A stretch of 64,000 nucleotides of DNA from Malacoraja senta (Eukaryota), in NCBI GenBank assembly GCA_038087875.1, contig CM075993.1, positions 5,396,001 through 5,460,000 of the forward strand. The letters are read 5' to 3'. The position numbers were made by a program, and so were the translations under genes. Under the pieces are notes generated by a model. It worked only from the letters and a program-made list of their open reading frames with translations, did not search any database and had not been told where the DNA came from. This document shows, piece by piece, positions 37,656-51,030 of this stretch; positions within the stretch are counted from its first letter, which is position 1; every line of letters starts with the position of its first letter.

Positions 37656-38594
37656 TTGAAAAGGCGTACAGGTTTGTAGGTTAATTGACTTTGTTAAAAA
37701 AAAATTGTAAATTGTCCCTAGTGTATAAGATAGTGTTAGTGTCCAGGGTGATCGATGGGCAAGGTGGACCGATAGTCCTGTTTTCCGATAGACTTGACTT
37801 GACAGCTCTTTGGCTGGAACAGCACCTGATACTTATAGAGAGGGTACAGTCTGCTCTGCTGCACTAAAATGGCTTCAGGGTCCCGGCTGCGTCAAAGTAT
37901 TCCAAATTAAGTATGTCCATCAGTGGTGACGTCAGTGGTTCCAGAGCTAGGTGTTTGGAACAACCTCGTGAAGTGCCGGCTGCCGAGGGAACAGAGCTAG
38001 GACTGTTTACCAGCATGGATTTGTGGGGCAGAGTGGCTCAAACCTTCCCCTTCAAGTGAGTGTTGCTAGGCTACTCCATCAATGGGAACATTACATCTGA
38101 GCCCAATTATGTCCACACCCAAATGCTTCCAGCAGGGGTCCTTGGATAGCATTCAGCAAACTTCTCCAAGGTCAGACATGCAGGCAAAGCCTTCCTTCTG
38201 GCCCTCTTCAGCCAATTGCTACCTTTAGAGATCAGTTAACTCAGGGTGAACCACGACCTGGTGGCCTATGTTACTCCTCATTTCAACCCATTGAGGCGAC
38301 CTGCACCCCAATTGCCTCCATTTTAACCACATCTATCAGCACCTCACGCTTAAAGAAATGATCCTTTGCCAAAGTATCGTCTGCTGTTCGCCCCAGCACT
38401 TTAAAAATAATCTTCTTGTTTATATGCAGTACTTAACCATGTTGAATTATAACATATCAAGATCAAACAAAGGTTTACTCTGCACACGCTATTATACTTC
38501 CTGCCAATTACTCTAAGTTTCTATGTGCAGTCGATTTAGTGCTTTTGTGGGGAAAACTTAAATGATGGTGACTTATAAATGTCGTTTCAATTAA

Positions 38595-38908
38595 AAGGAA
38601 GAGAGAAACTTTCATTTACAGAACAAGTCCCAAAGCAAATTGTAGCTGATTAAAAGCAGAGACATCACAGCCAGTTTGCGCACAGCAAGCTCCCACCAAC
38701 AGAAATGTGTGAATACAAAACTATTTATTTAATCGAGGAATCATTAGTTGCCAATTCACCAGGGGTACTGCTGTTATTCTTTGAAATTGTGCCATAGACA
38801 CTTTTACATCCCTGACAGAGCAAACTGCAGCTCGGTCTAACAGCTCCTCTGACCCTATACTCTCCTGCGAACTGCACTGGGTTAGCAGTCTAGACTTTTG
38901 TGCTCAGC
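38595..38908 (-). mobile_element. Ancient DeuSINE (SacSINE1/AmnSINE1-like)
   Basis: Minus strand has GATGTAAAAGTGTCTATGGCACAATTTCAAAGAA and GTGGGAGCTTGCTGTGCGCAAACTGGCTG, resembling the Deu domain. Confidence 0.7.
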
Positions 38909-39764
38909 TTCTTAATCATAGAATCGTATGAGACTCTATGATAGAGAGTCAGAGTATAGAAACAGGCCATTCAGTCCACTGTGTCCATGCTAGCCGCCAA
39001 GTTCCCATTTACAACAATCCTATACTAATCCTATTCTATTCCCTTCACCTTCCTATTAATCTTCACTTGATCGAGACCCGAAACGTCACCTATTCCTTCG
39101 CTCCATAGATGCTGCCTCACCCGCTGAGTTCCCCAAGCATTTTTGTCTACCTTCAATTTTGTTCTTTCTTCAACATGGTTATACAGCATGGTCGGCATTG
39201 TCTAATCCACTGCGTCTCAGAGCTTTAGACTATGCTTTAGACTTTAAAGACACAGCGTGGAAACATACCCTTTGACTCACCGGGTCCGCGCTGACCAATG
39301 ATCACTCTATACACTAATACTATCCTATACACTAGGGACATTTTTACAATTTTTACCGAAGCCAATTAACCTACAAACCTATAGGTCTTTGGAGTGTGGG
39401 AGGAAACCGGAGAAACCTACGCAGTCTCAGGGAGAATGTACAAACTCCATGCAGACTGGATCCATACTCAGGATGGAACCCGGGACTCTAGCACTGTAAG
39501 GCAGCAACTCTACCGCTGCACCACCGCTGTGCCTGTCTCTACAATCTCTCACCACACGTTTCTTTTTACTTTTCCTGCCAAAATAGATAATTTCACACAA
39601 TACTTCTTTTGCCAGACCACATAACCCGTTGATGTCCTCCTGTCCCCTTCACAACTTACATCCTTAGCTATCTTTGTGTCATCTGCAAACTTAACTTTGA
39701 TCCCTTCATCCAAGTCATCCATATGAATTGCAAAATGTTAAGGGCTCGGAGCTGATCCTCGTTA

Positions 39765-40084
39765 AACCCCTGTCCCACTGTACGAGTTCATTCCAAGAGT
39801 TCTCCCGAGTTTGCCCTGATTCGAACTCGGAGATTTACGGTAATGGCCACTTGTCGGTACTCGGGGCTCTCGTGGACATTTTTCATCATGTTGAAAAATC
39901 TTCACGAGTCTTCCCGTGCTTACCTGCCGTTAGCGAGTCTTCCCGAATACCTGCCGTTGGCGCTAAGAGACGTCCCCGAGCTCCGACGTACCCGCTACGT
40001 TCATTCTCCGTGCTTACCACGAGTTTGATTTTTTAAAAACTCGGGAGAGCTCTTGGAATGAACTCGCACAGTGGGACAGGGCTT
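39765..40084. mobile_element. Intact MITE (CCCTGTCCCACTG family), TTA-flanked
   Basis: About 45-bp TIRs; TTA at 39762-39764 and 40085-40087. Confidence 0.85.
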
Positions 40085-40089
40085 TTATA

Positions 40090-40497
40090 CAGTACATCAC
40101 TTGTTACATCTTGAAGGAAGGTCGGCGAGACCCCGGCGGGCCAAAGTAACGTTTCAAGGACAACATCAAGAACAGTCTGAAGAAATTACACATCACATCG
40201 AGCAACTGGGAGCACATTGCACTGGGCAGGCACTCCTGGAGGAAATCCGTGCAGGGAGGAGCTGCACGTCACGAAACAAAACTACGCCGTGTCGCAGAGA
40301 CAAAGTGACAGCACCGTAAGGAGAGAGAGAAAAGGGGGCTCGACAACTACCAACCACTGCCAGTCTCCACTGCCCACGTTGCACCAAGGTGTGTTGATCG
40401 CGGATCGGCCTCTACAGATATCTGCAGACCCACAAGTAGACGACCCTATGGAGAGGAGAGGACAGTCATACTCGTTTCGAGTGGCCACAGATGATAA
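40090..40497 (+). mobile_element. RTE-clade LINE 3' fragment
   Basis: GGPK*RFKDNIKNSLKK...CPRCTKVC*SRIGLYRYLQTHK* plus GAT tail. Confidence 0.8.
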
Positions 40498-41620
40498 CAT
40501 CTAGCCAACCAGAAACAGACCAGTTATGTCTTCTCTCTGTTCCTGTTCACCGTCCAGTCTTCTATCCACAACCGTCCCATATCCTAATTTCTACACCATG
40601 AGCTTTGGCTTTCCATAATAATCATAGCAAACACTTTCTGGAAATCTAAGTATTATGCACCTACTGGTTCCCCATTTTACTTCTTCAAGAAACCCCAATA
40701 CAATTATTAAAGTTGTTTTACCTTTTACAAAACGACATTGATGTCTTAAAGCTTAAGGAACTGCACATGCTGGAAAATCGAAGGTAGACAAAAATGCTGG
40801 AGAAACTCAGCGGGTGAGGGAGGAGTCTATAGAAGGGTCTCGACCCGAAACGTCGCCTATTCCTTCTCTCCATAGATGCTGCCTCACCCGCTGAGTTTCT
40901 CCAGCATTTTTGTCTACCTTCGATTTTTCCAGCATCCGCAGTTCCTTCTTACACAACTTGATGTCTTAAATACGCCTAGATGTCTTAAATTTTCTAAGTT
41001 TCATGCTTTCACATCCTTGATAACAGCTTCTAACATTTTATCTGTGATAGATGTTGATTGAACTGGCTTCAACTTCTTTCCCTGTCTCCTTTTTGAATAA
41101 AGCAGCTACATTTGCTATTTTCCAGTGAAATGCAACCTTCCCTGAATCTAGGGAATATTGAAAAACAACGCAACAACTACCTCGCCAGCCACTATTTTTT
41201 ATTGCAGAGATGCAATCAGAAAGAAGGCTTGACACCAGCTCTACTTTCTTCTCAGTTTAAAAAGATTTGGTGTGTCTCCCAATACACTGATAAACTTTTA
41301 CAGATATATGGCGGAAAGTAAACTGACTAGTTGCGTTATGGCCTGGATTGGCAATTCTAATGTACAGGAACGCAAGAAGCTGCAGAGAATGCGTTAAAAG
41401 GAACTGCAGGTGCTGGTACATTCCAAAGACAGACACAAAGTGCTGGAGTAACTCAGCGGGTCAGGCAGCGGCTCTGGAGAAAAAAAGGATGGGTGACGTT
41501 TTGGGTTGGACTCTTCTTCAGACACTTCAGAAATGTCACCCATCCTTTTTCTCTAGAGAGGCTGCCTGACCCGCTGAGTAACTTCAGCACTTTGTGTCTA
41601 TCTAAACTGCAGAAAGTGGT

Positions 41621-42333
41621 GTCCTTCCTCAAATTAGGGGACCAAAACTGCACACAATACTCCAGGTGTGGTTTCACTAGGGCTCTGTACAACTGCAGAA
41701 GGACCTCTTTGCTCCTATACTCAAGAGGAGTTGAGAATATGAGCAAAGCGGTCCTTCTGCAGTTGTAAAGGGCCCTAGTGAGACCACACTTGGAGTATTG
41801 TGTGCAGTTTTGGTCCCCTAATTTGAGGAAGGACATTCTTGCTATTGAGGGAGTGCAGCGTAGGTTTATTCCCGGGATGGCGGGACTGTCATATGTTAAA
41901 AGAATGGAGCGGCTGGGCTTGTACACTCTGGAGTTTAGAAGGATGAGAGGGAATCTTATTGAAACATATAAGATTATTAAGGGATTGGACACGTTGGAGG
42001 CAGGAAACATGTTCCCGATGTTGGGGGAGTCCAGAACCAGGGGCCACAGTTTAAGAATAAGGAGTAAGCCATTTAGAACGGAGACGATGAAACACTTTTT
42101 CACACAGAGAGTTGTGAGTCTGTGGAATTCTCTGCCTCAGAGAGCAGTGGAGGCCGGTTCTCCGGATACTTTCAAGAGAGAGCTAGATAGGGCTCTTAAA
42201 GAAAGCAGAGTCAGGGGATATGGGGAGAAGACAGGAATGGGGTACTGATTGGGGATGATCAGCCATGATCACATTGAATGGTGGTGCTGGCTCGAAGGAC
42301 CGAATGGCCTACTCCTGCACATATTGTCTATTG
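41621..42333 (+). mobile_element. CR1 LINE fragment with 5' fold-back duplication
   Basis: RPHLEYCVQFWSP...; 41621-41724 is the reverse complement of 41731-41834. Confidence 0.88.
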
Positions 42334-43704
42334 TCAGCCCATTCCACACCGGCACAGCCATCTCCTCCCCAAGCCTCTATACGAGGAGCTGCTTCAAGAA
42401 GCCAGCGTCTATCATCAAGGACCCCCACCATCCAGGCCATGCCTGCTTCTCACTGTTACCACCAGACAGAAGTCTGAAATCCCACACCACCAGATTCAGG
42501 AACAGCTACTTGCCTACAACCCTTGGGATCCTGAACCAACCTGCACTACCCTCATCCCACCTCCACACAGAGAACTTGTTTTTCTTTCAATTTATGTTCT
42601 TGCACAAATGTCTTGTTTCTCTACAGTCTTCCACAGTGTTTTAAAATACCCAACCCATGACCATTCATCACTTTATGTGTGAAGACAGTGAGCGCAAGGA
42701 GGTGATCACTGACAGATATTGGTATTGAGCTGATCTGAGCGCTCAATATCCTACTGGCGAGTGCTCAGAGGAGATAGGAGACTGATGGAATAACATTTAC
42801 CAAGGAAACCTGTTTCTGGAGGCAGCTAAGAGGAACATTGGAAGAATTATGTGCAGCAGACAGTGAAATTATTTATGTGCTGTCAGAAATCTAATGGAAA
42901 GGCACAAACACCTCCAAGGACATAAATACACTTAAATAAAAATAAATAAAGTGCTTTAACTACTAGCTGAATCAAACCATCATGTTCAACACAAATGGAC
43001 TGCTGTTCAGCTGGGCAAAAAGCATCTGAATAGCAGCGGCTCAAATTTGATCCATTGTTAGTTGTTCAGTTAGCTATGGAGGAGCTTTAAGGTTCTCATC
43101 TGGATGATCAGGGGGATGAGGTTGGATCCTTTGGAGACCACCCTGCCTGCCAAGGATCTCCATGCTGCCCCTTGGTAACGTCAAACAGATATACAAGGCA
43201 GGCTTTCACCAATACACTGATGGTGCCTAACACAGTGTCTCCCTGTAACTCGAACCCTCGTTATCTATCTCATTAAACCGGGCAAATGTAGGACTGAAAC
43301 GAGGAACGAGAATATCCTACGCAATGTAGTGAAAATCAAGAATTCTCAAAATGCTATGAAAAGTGAGTAAAATAGAATTTTCAAGAGTGAAGCCAACAGA
43401 TTATGTTTAGGAGACACAAGAAACTGCAGATGCTGGAATATTGAGCGAAACATTATTAAGTACTGGAGGAACTTTAGGAGCTGGAGGTAGCATTTGTGAA
43501 GGGAATGGATAGATGACGTTTCAGGTCAGGACTCTTCTTTAGACTGATTTAGGTTATGTTTTGTCTAAATCATAACATTTAGACAAAGATTAGAGAATTG
43601 TATAATTTTTACGAGGCGAAGAAGAGATGCAGAGTAAAGGCTGCTACATGGAATGGAAAGAGGAGGAGGTCGTGGGATATGCAGTCTCAGACCTGCACTC
43701 GCAA

Positions 43705-44163
43705 CTAGACAATAGGAGCAGGAGTAGGCCATTCAGCCCTTCGAGCCAGCACCGCCATTCACTGTGATCATGGCTGATCATCCCCAATCAGTTCACCGTT
43801 CCTACCTTCTACCCATACCCCTTGACTCCGCTATCTTTAAGAGCTCTATCTAAAAAGCATCCAGAGAATTGGCCTCCACTGTCATCTGAGGCAGAGAATT
43901 CCACAGACACAACTCTCTGGGTGAAAACATTTTTTCTCATCTCCATTCTAAATAGCCTATCCCTTATTCTTAAACTGTGGCCCCTGGTTCTGGACTCCCC
44001 CAACATCGATAACATGATTCCTGCCTCCAGCGTGTCCAATCCCTTAATAATCTCATATGTTTCAATATGATCCCCGCTCATCTTTCAAAACTCCAGTGTA
44101 TACAAGCCCAGCCGCTCCATTCTTTCAACATATGACAGTCCCGCCATCCCGGGAATTAACCTC
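43705..44163 (-). mobile_element. CR1/HER1 LINE 3' fragment
   Basis: Same family, minus strand. Confidence 0.85.
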
Positions 44164-44199
44164 ATGTTATGATAAATAGGGAGTTGGATTAACAGGAGA

Positions 44200-47100
44200 T
44201 GAGAATAGTACTCGAGGAAGAGAGAGCTTGCTGCCACTTAAATCAGACTGGGGTCAAATGTGCTGGCGAATGGTATAAGAATGGTTATGGAGCAAAGTAG
44301 TATTAGAACATTGATAAGCAGAATAGAACAAAAGTGGCCATTTTAACGGGAATAGTGAGCGGCACAGTGGCCCAGCAGGCAGAGCTGCTGCCTCATAACA
44401 CCAGAGACCCAGGTTCGATCTGCGTGGAGTTTGCACGCTCACCCTGTGACTGCATGGGTTTCCCCCAGTTTCTTCCCACATCCCAAAGATGTGCAGCTTT
44501 GTAGGGTAATTAGCCTCTGTAACTTGCCCCTAGTGTGTAGGTAGTGGATGTGAAAGTGGCATACCATAGAACTAGTGTGAATGGGCGAATGGTGGTCGGC
44601 GTGGGCTCGGTGAGTCGAGGGACCTGTTTCAATGCTGTATCTCTAAACTTAACCAAACTAGTAGGAAGGAACTGCAGATGCTGGTTTACACCTAAGATAG
44701 ACACAAAATGCTGGAGTAACTCAGCAGGTTAGGCAGCATCTCTGGAGAAAGGGAATAGGTGACGTTTTGGGTCGAGACCCTTCTTCAGACCGAGTGTGAT
44801 GAGTGGTCTCGACCCGAAACGTCACCCACAGTATTCCTTTCCTCCAGATGCTGCCTGACCTGCTGAGTTACTCCAGCATTTTGAGTCTATCTAAAATAAA
44901 CTAGTACTTTGATAAACAAAATTAAACAAGGAATAATGGTGTTATGTTAAAAAATTGAAAGTGGTGCTTCTGAATGCATCAAGCATTCGTAAGAGAATAA
45001 GCAAATTAATTGTTTAAGAAAGAACTGCAGATGCTGGAAAAATCGAAGGTAGACAAAAATGCTGGAGAAACTCAGCAGGTGAGGCAGCATCTATGGAGCG
45101 AAGGAATAGGCGACGTTTCGGGTCGAGACCTTTCTTCAGACACAGAGACAGAGTTTGAAGTTACGGTCATTACATAGATATGGTTGCAAGGCCACCAGCT
45201 AGAAATTATACATTACAGGGTGGTCAATGTTTGGAGAGGAGAGACAACGTGGAGAAGTAAGATAGTAGGCATTTTTCCTACTAAAGCAGGACATACTGTA
45301 AGAGCAATAATCTTGACCCCAAGTGTGAAAAATATACATCTTCTAGATGCGCTGGAACGCATCCTCACTGATGTGATCTGGGGTCATCGGGTGTTTCGGG
45401 TCTCTCAACATCAGCCACCCTCGCCCAGGCGACCCAGCCGGGGTTGATCAAGCCCCGACTTGCGTCCCAGCAGCAACCACCCAGGGATCAACCATCTTAA
45501 TAACCACTCTGCAGGGGTTGGGAGATTCTTATGCGTGGAGGGACTGGGCTCTGTGGGGTGAGTCCAGGCCACAAAGTAAGTGGGATCATTCATTCTTCCC
45601 CCGCACATTAAAGCATTGGATAGTCTTCACCCTACCATAGTTACCCAACCAGACACGACTAAGTTTAAGGTAGATTAAAATGCTGGAGAAACTCAGCGGG
45701 TGCAGCAGCATCTATGGAGCAAAGGAAATAGGCAACGTTTCGGCTCTTCTTCTCCAAGAACCCTTTCTTGCTTAAGTCCACCCTCCGCCACCTCCATTTG
45801 GAATATTTTGGAGGACCAAGAAGCAAGAATATGGATGGAAACAAGACATAACAAAACAAATAAAAACAGTTTGGAACTGTTAATCAGTCTCCTAATATCT
45901 TAGCTTGAGATGGAATCAACTAAGGAAAAAGAAAGGCTTATTGTAAAGGTAATGCAATAATTATGGGGAGTTTATTCATGTAGATCAGACAAACCAAGTT
46001 GCCAAAATTTAGAGTATGAGCTCATAAAAGACATTTGGAATATATCTTGGAACTGACTGAGAAACCAGCCGACAAGGACCTTAACTAGTGTAATGAGACA
46101 AAGTCAATTAGTAACCCCACAGTAAGAAGACCCACTGGAAACAAAATGACAGGATTTTATCTGCTGTTTGAAAGGTACATGAATCAGTCAGAAATCGGAA
46201 TCTTAAATAAAGACAATTATACAGATGAGAAGTACATTAGCTTGGACAGGTTGGGAAATTAGATTAAACAATTTACCAGTATATAAATAATGACAAGCAT
46301 TTAAAAGATATCTTTTAAAATTCTCCACAAATGTACATTCCTTTTATGAAATAAAACTCCGCAAGAAAAGTGATCCGTTCTTTGGCTAACTAAGTGGATT
46401 AAGGATAATATTAGATTAAAAGAAGAAACTCATAATGTTGCCAAGAATAGCAGTAAGTCTGAGGTCTGGGAAATCAGGACCGAGTGAACCAAAAAAAAAT
46501 AGTGGAGAGAAAGTATATGATGAGAACGAGCAAGTAATAGAAAATATAATATTTTCCACAACAAGGTACAAGAAGAGAGAGTGACAAAATACATATGCAT
46601 TCCATAGATACCAGGGGGAGGAGGAGAATGAAATTATAATGGAAAAAAATTAAAATAGATAAGGCATTAAATTATTATTTTTAATATCTGTTTTTTAGTT
46701 CAGAAGACATAATAAATATGGTAGTGGTTAAGAGGAACCAGTGGTCTAATGACAGTGGGAAACCTAATATCAGTACGTAGAAAGTACAGAAGATATCAAT
46801 GGAGTATTAATGCCAGAGAGGTTTGCTAGGCTTGATATCTGCATGCCAGGGTTGTCCAGAGATAGTGAATGCATTAGTAATGAACATCCCAGATTCTTGG
46901 ACGGCCTGAGCGGACTGGAAGATGGCAAGTGTAACACAGCTATTTAAATAAGGAAGTAGTGAAAACATAGAGAGCGACAGACCAGTTAGCCTGACGTCTG
47001 TGGCTAGCACAGCTGGGATCCAACTGCAACGCATGTGACAATAGGATATTTAGAACGTTCAGTTTATTTTATTGTCACGTGTACCGAGGTACAGTGAAAT

Positions 47101-48680
47101 GCTTCTGTTGCCTGTTAACCAGTCAGCAGAAAGACAATACATGATTACAATCGATCAATTTACAGTGTATGGAAGCATGAAAAGGGAATAATGTTTAGTG
47201 CAATGTAAAGCCAGCAAAGTCCGATCAAGGATAGTCCGAGGTAGATAAAAATGCTGGAGAAACTCAGCGGGCGAGGCAGCGTCTATGGAGCGAAAGAAAA
47301 GGTGACGCTTCGGGTCGAGACCCTTCTTCAGACCCTTCTTTCCAAAACGTCACCTATTCCTTCGCAACATAGATGCTGCCTCACCCGCTGAGTTTTTCCA
47401 GCATTTTTATCTACCTTTGATTTTTCCAGCATCTGCAGTTCCTTCTTAAACAAAGGATAGTCCGAGGGTCACCAAAGAGGTGGACAGAGACGCATGGTAT
47501 TTTTGGGTGGAAGGGGTTGTGTCTGATCGGTCTGTAGAGTTTCTGGAGAACATAAGTAGCAGGGTAGACGAGGAGAAAATCTGTGGATGTAATGATTTCC
47601 AAACAGAAGTTAATATGTGACCACATAAAACCTTGTTGCATTGTACGAGAAGTCAGTGTTAGGGATAATCTATTGGCACAGATAGAAACAAATAACTGCA
47701 GATGCTGGCTTATACCGAAGATAAACACAAAGTGCTGGAGTAACTCAGCGGGTCATGCAGCATCTCTGGAGAAAAAGAATAGGTGACGTTTCAGGTCAGG
47801 ATCCTTCTTCAAACTGAAGATTGGTCCTGACCCGAGATGTCATTGTTGCGATTGCTGCTGTTGGAATAACCAAAGTCTCACACCGTGTTTAAGGTCCAAG
47901 GACTTTATTAACATTACGGCAAAGGTGACTTCATACTAGCATGCTACTCTATAAGTGTGAGAACAAGGCAGGGAAGCTTTCTGTTAAACTAGTGGGCGCA
48001 GCTAACGAGTATGACTCATAACATGAGTGACACTGATCTAGTCATCTATCCTTTTTATCCAGAGATGCAGCCTGACCGGCTGAGATACTCCAGAACTTTG
48101 TGTCTATCTTTGGCATAGATAAGTTGATGAAAGAACATTAAACAGAGAAATAAATGGGAATCCGGTTGTGTTCGGGTGTTGCAGGGATGACTATTGGGGC
48201 AAAAATCAAAGTGCTGGAGGAACTCAGTGGATTGGGCAGTATCTGGAGTGAATGGACAGACTATGTTCAGTCTGATGGGAGTCCTGACCCAAAATGCCAT
48301 TACCTCCACACATGCTGCCCGACCTGCTGAGTTCTTCCAGCAGTTTGTTTCTCGCTCAGAATTCCAGCATGTGCAGTTTATCGACTATTGGGGTGTCAGC
48401 AAGTCACAATTTACATTAACAGCTAAGATGAAAGATTTACTGACAATTTAAAGTTAGGTGTGATATGAGCCATAAGGAGTATATATAACATGGATGGAGA
48501 TGCGTTAAGTGTGAAGGAAAAAGGTGGCTGGTGGAGCATAATGTGGAACAATATGTTAGCTACCATAGTACAAAGAATAGAGAAAACAGAATATTTTTAT
48601 TGCTGAAAAATAAATAAAATATTGGTTTAAAAAGTAATTGTGAGGTGCAGAAATGAAACGTGCAGGTGAAACAGGTAATT
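44200..48680 (+). mobile_element. Old, long, heavily interrupted CR1 fossil
   Basis: Esterase-like HLNQTG near 44240, endonuclease start LNASSIR near 44968, DWKMASVTQLFK...RPVSLTSV at about 46912-47002, in colinear order; boundaries approximate. Confidence 0.55.
45345..45475 (-). mobile_element. HERO/NeSL-like non-LTR 3' end fragment
   Basis: TGATCAACCCCGGCTGGGTCGCCTGGGCGAGGGTG...GACCCGAAACACCCGATGACCCCAG resembles fish HERO 3' ends (from recall). Confidence 0.45.
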
Positions 48681-48684
48681 TTAG

Positions 48685-49003
48685 TTTTTAGTTTAGTTTA
48701 GAGATACAGCGTGGAAACAGGCCCTTCAGCCCACCGGGTCCGCGCCGACCAGCGATCCCCGCTCACTAACACTATCCTACACCCACTAGGGACAATTTTT
48801 AAAAACATTTTACCAAGGCCAATTAACCTTCAAACCTGTACGTCTTTGGAGTGTGGGAGGAAACCGAAGATCTTGGAGAAGACCCACGCAGGTCACGGGG
48901 AGAACGTACAAACTCCGTACAGACAGCTCCCCTAGTCGGGATCGAACCCGGGTCTCCAGCGCTGCATTCGCTGCAAGGCGGCAACTCCACCGCTGCGTCA
49001 CCG
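48685..49003 (-). mobile_element. HE1/V-SINE-type SINE, full length
   Basis: Reverse complement of the family at 24814. Confidence 0.85.
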
Positions 49004-49215
49004 TGCAACACCATGTTGCAACCTAACACCATGTTGAGAAGCAGATTGTACGTTGGACCTCACTGTGTGAGGATTAGAGTACATAGATAAGGCAGTTGTG
49101 CTGCGATTATATATGTGCTGTTTTGACCGCCGGATCCATACTTGCCTTGGATCCATCGCAGTGTACATTTGCGGCCTTAGTTCCAAAGCAAACGCTGCAG
49201 ATGCAGGAACTCTGA

Positions 49216-49633
49216 AAGTAAGTAAGTTTATTGGCCAAGTATTCACATACAAGGAATTTGCCTTGGTGCTCCGCCCACAAGTAACAACATGACATACAGT
49301 GACAGTTACGAATGACTCAGAAAACACTAAACATTAATAATAATAAAACATTAATGATAAAACACCATTGATCAAGCATGTGAACCAACAAAATACCAGA
49401 TCAAAGGGAGGCTACAGATTTTTGGCTGTTGAGTAGAGCAACTACTCGTGGATAAAAGCTGTTTTTATGTCTGGCTGTGGCAGCCCTGACAGTCCGGAGT
49501 CGCCTTCCAGAGGGAAGTGATTCAAAGAGTCTGTGGCCAGGGTGAGAGGGGTCAGAGATGATCTTGCCCGCTCGCTTCCTGGCCCTTGCAGTGTACAGTT
49601 CATCAATGGAGGGAAGGTTGCAGCCAATAACCA
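49216..49633 (-). mobile_element. Young Rex1-like LINE 3' end with (TTAC)n tail
   Basis: VIGCNLPSIDELYTARARKRAGKIISDPSHPGHRLFESLPSGRR...HKNSFYP. Confidence 0.8.
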
Positions 49634-49944
49634 GAATGCACTCCTCATGTTGAGCAATATGAAACAGTCAGCGCTTCATCATGACACTAAAAATGACACT
49701 AAGCTTGTGGAGGAACTCAGCAGGTCAGGCAGTATTTGTGGAGCGAATGGACAGAGAATTTCTGATGGGAGTCCCGGCCTGAAATGCTGTCTGTCCATTC
49801 CCTCTCCACATGTTGCCTGACCTGCTGAGTTGCAGGAAGAGAAAGTAGATTGGGTGTGGGGGGTGAAAGAGAACAAAAGATTAGGTGTAATAGGGTGAAG
49901 AACATGAATCGACATTTGTAAAATCATAAATATATATTTAAAGT

Positions 49945-50193
49945 TTTTATCCACGAGTAGTTGCTCTACTCAACAGCCAAAAATCTGTAGCCTCCCTTTG
50001 ATCTGGTATTTTGTTGGTTCACATGCTTGATCAATGGTGTTTTATCATTAATGTTTTATTATTTTATTATTAACGTTTAGTGTTTTCTGAGTCATTCGTA
50101 ACTGTCACTGTATGTCATGTTGTTACTTGTGGGCGGAGCACCAAGGCAAATTCCTTGTATGTGAATACTTGGCCAATAAACTTACTTACTTAC
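49945..50193 (+). mobile_element. Second copy of the same Rex1-like tail, inverted
   Basis: Near-identical to the reverse complement of 49216-49457. Confidence 0.85.
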
Positions 50194-50619
50194 ATTTTTA
50201 TAATGGCTTGCATCTAAAGTCGTACTGATAAGATGAAAATACCATAGAAATTGCCTCCGGATAAGGACTGGATCCAGCACATTTTTGTTGACTCATTACA
50301 GATGTTACAAGCAGATGTTTTCCAGCAAACCGAAATGCAAAATGCCTGATAATGCAACGTGTAAAGAGTAAACAACCAATAAATTCATTGACAATAGCAC
50401 TGAATGAACTGTGCTCTCAGTCCCTGCAATGAATGTACTTTATATATAGCGTACAAAATCTACATCACATGTATTATACAGTATATTGAGGTGAAGTAGG
50501 AGAAATCACGGCGAACTTTAAACATGTCCCCAGACCAGTGAAAATGTCAAAATTCATATCAGTCTTTACCCTGTTATTTTTCTTTCCACCACTGCAATCT
50601 ACCATAGGTAGAACCGGTA

Positions 50620-51030
50620 GAGTCCATCATCGGCTCTGACCTCCCCACCATCGAGGGGATCTATCGCAGTCGCTGCCTCAAAAAGGCTGCCAGCATCATC
50701 AAGGACCCACACCATCCTGGCCACTCACTCATCTCCCCGCTGCTTTCAGGTAGAAAGTACAGGAGCCTGAAATCTGCAACAACCAGGTTCAGGAATAGCT
50801 ACTTCCCCACAGCCATCAGGCTATTGAACTCTACTCAAACAAAACGCTGATCATTAATAGCCCATTGCACTTTATCTGTTTATTTATGTGTGTGTATATA
50901 TATTCATTGGTATATGGTCACACTGATCTGTTCTGTATTTATTTATGCCTACTATATTCTGTTGAGTTGAAGCAAAGCAAGAATTTCATTGTCCTATCTG
51001 GGACACATGACAATAAACTCTCTTGAATCT
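50620..51030 (+). mobile_element. Rex1/Babar LINE 3' fragment
   Basis: SIIGSDLPTIEGIYRSRCLKKA plus tail. Confidence 0.85.

Noticed and set aside
45385..45420. Hammerhead in the HERO-like fragment (CTGATG...GAAAC on minus strand)
   Set aside because: Reads CTGATGTT rather than CTGANGA and lacks a proper stem II
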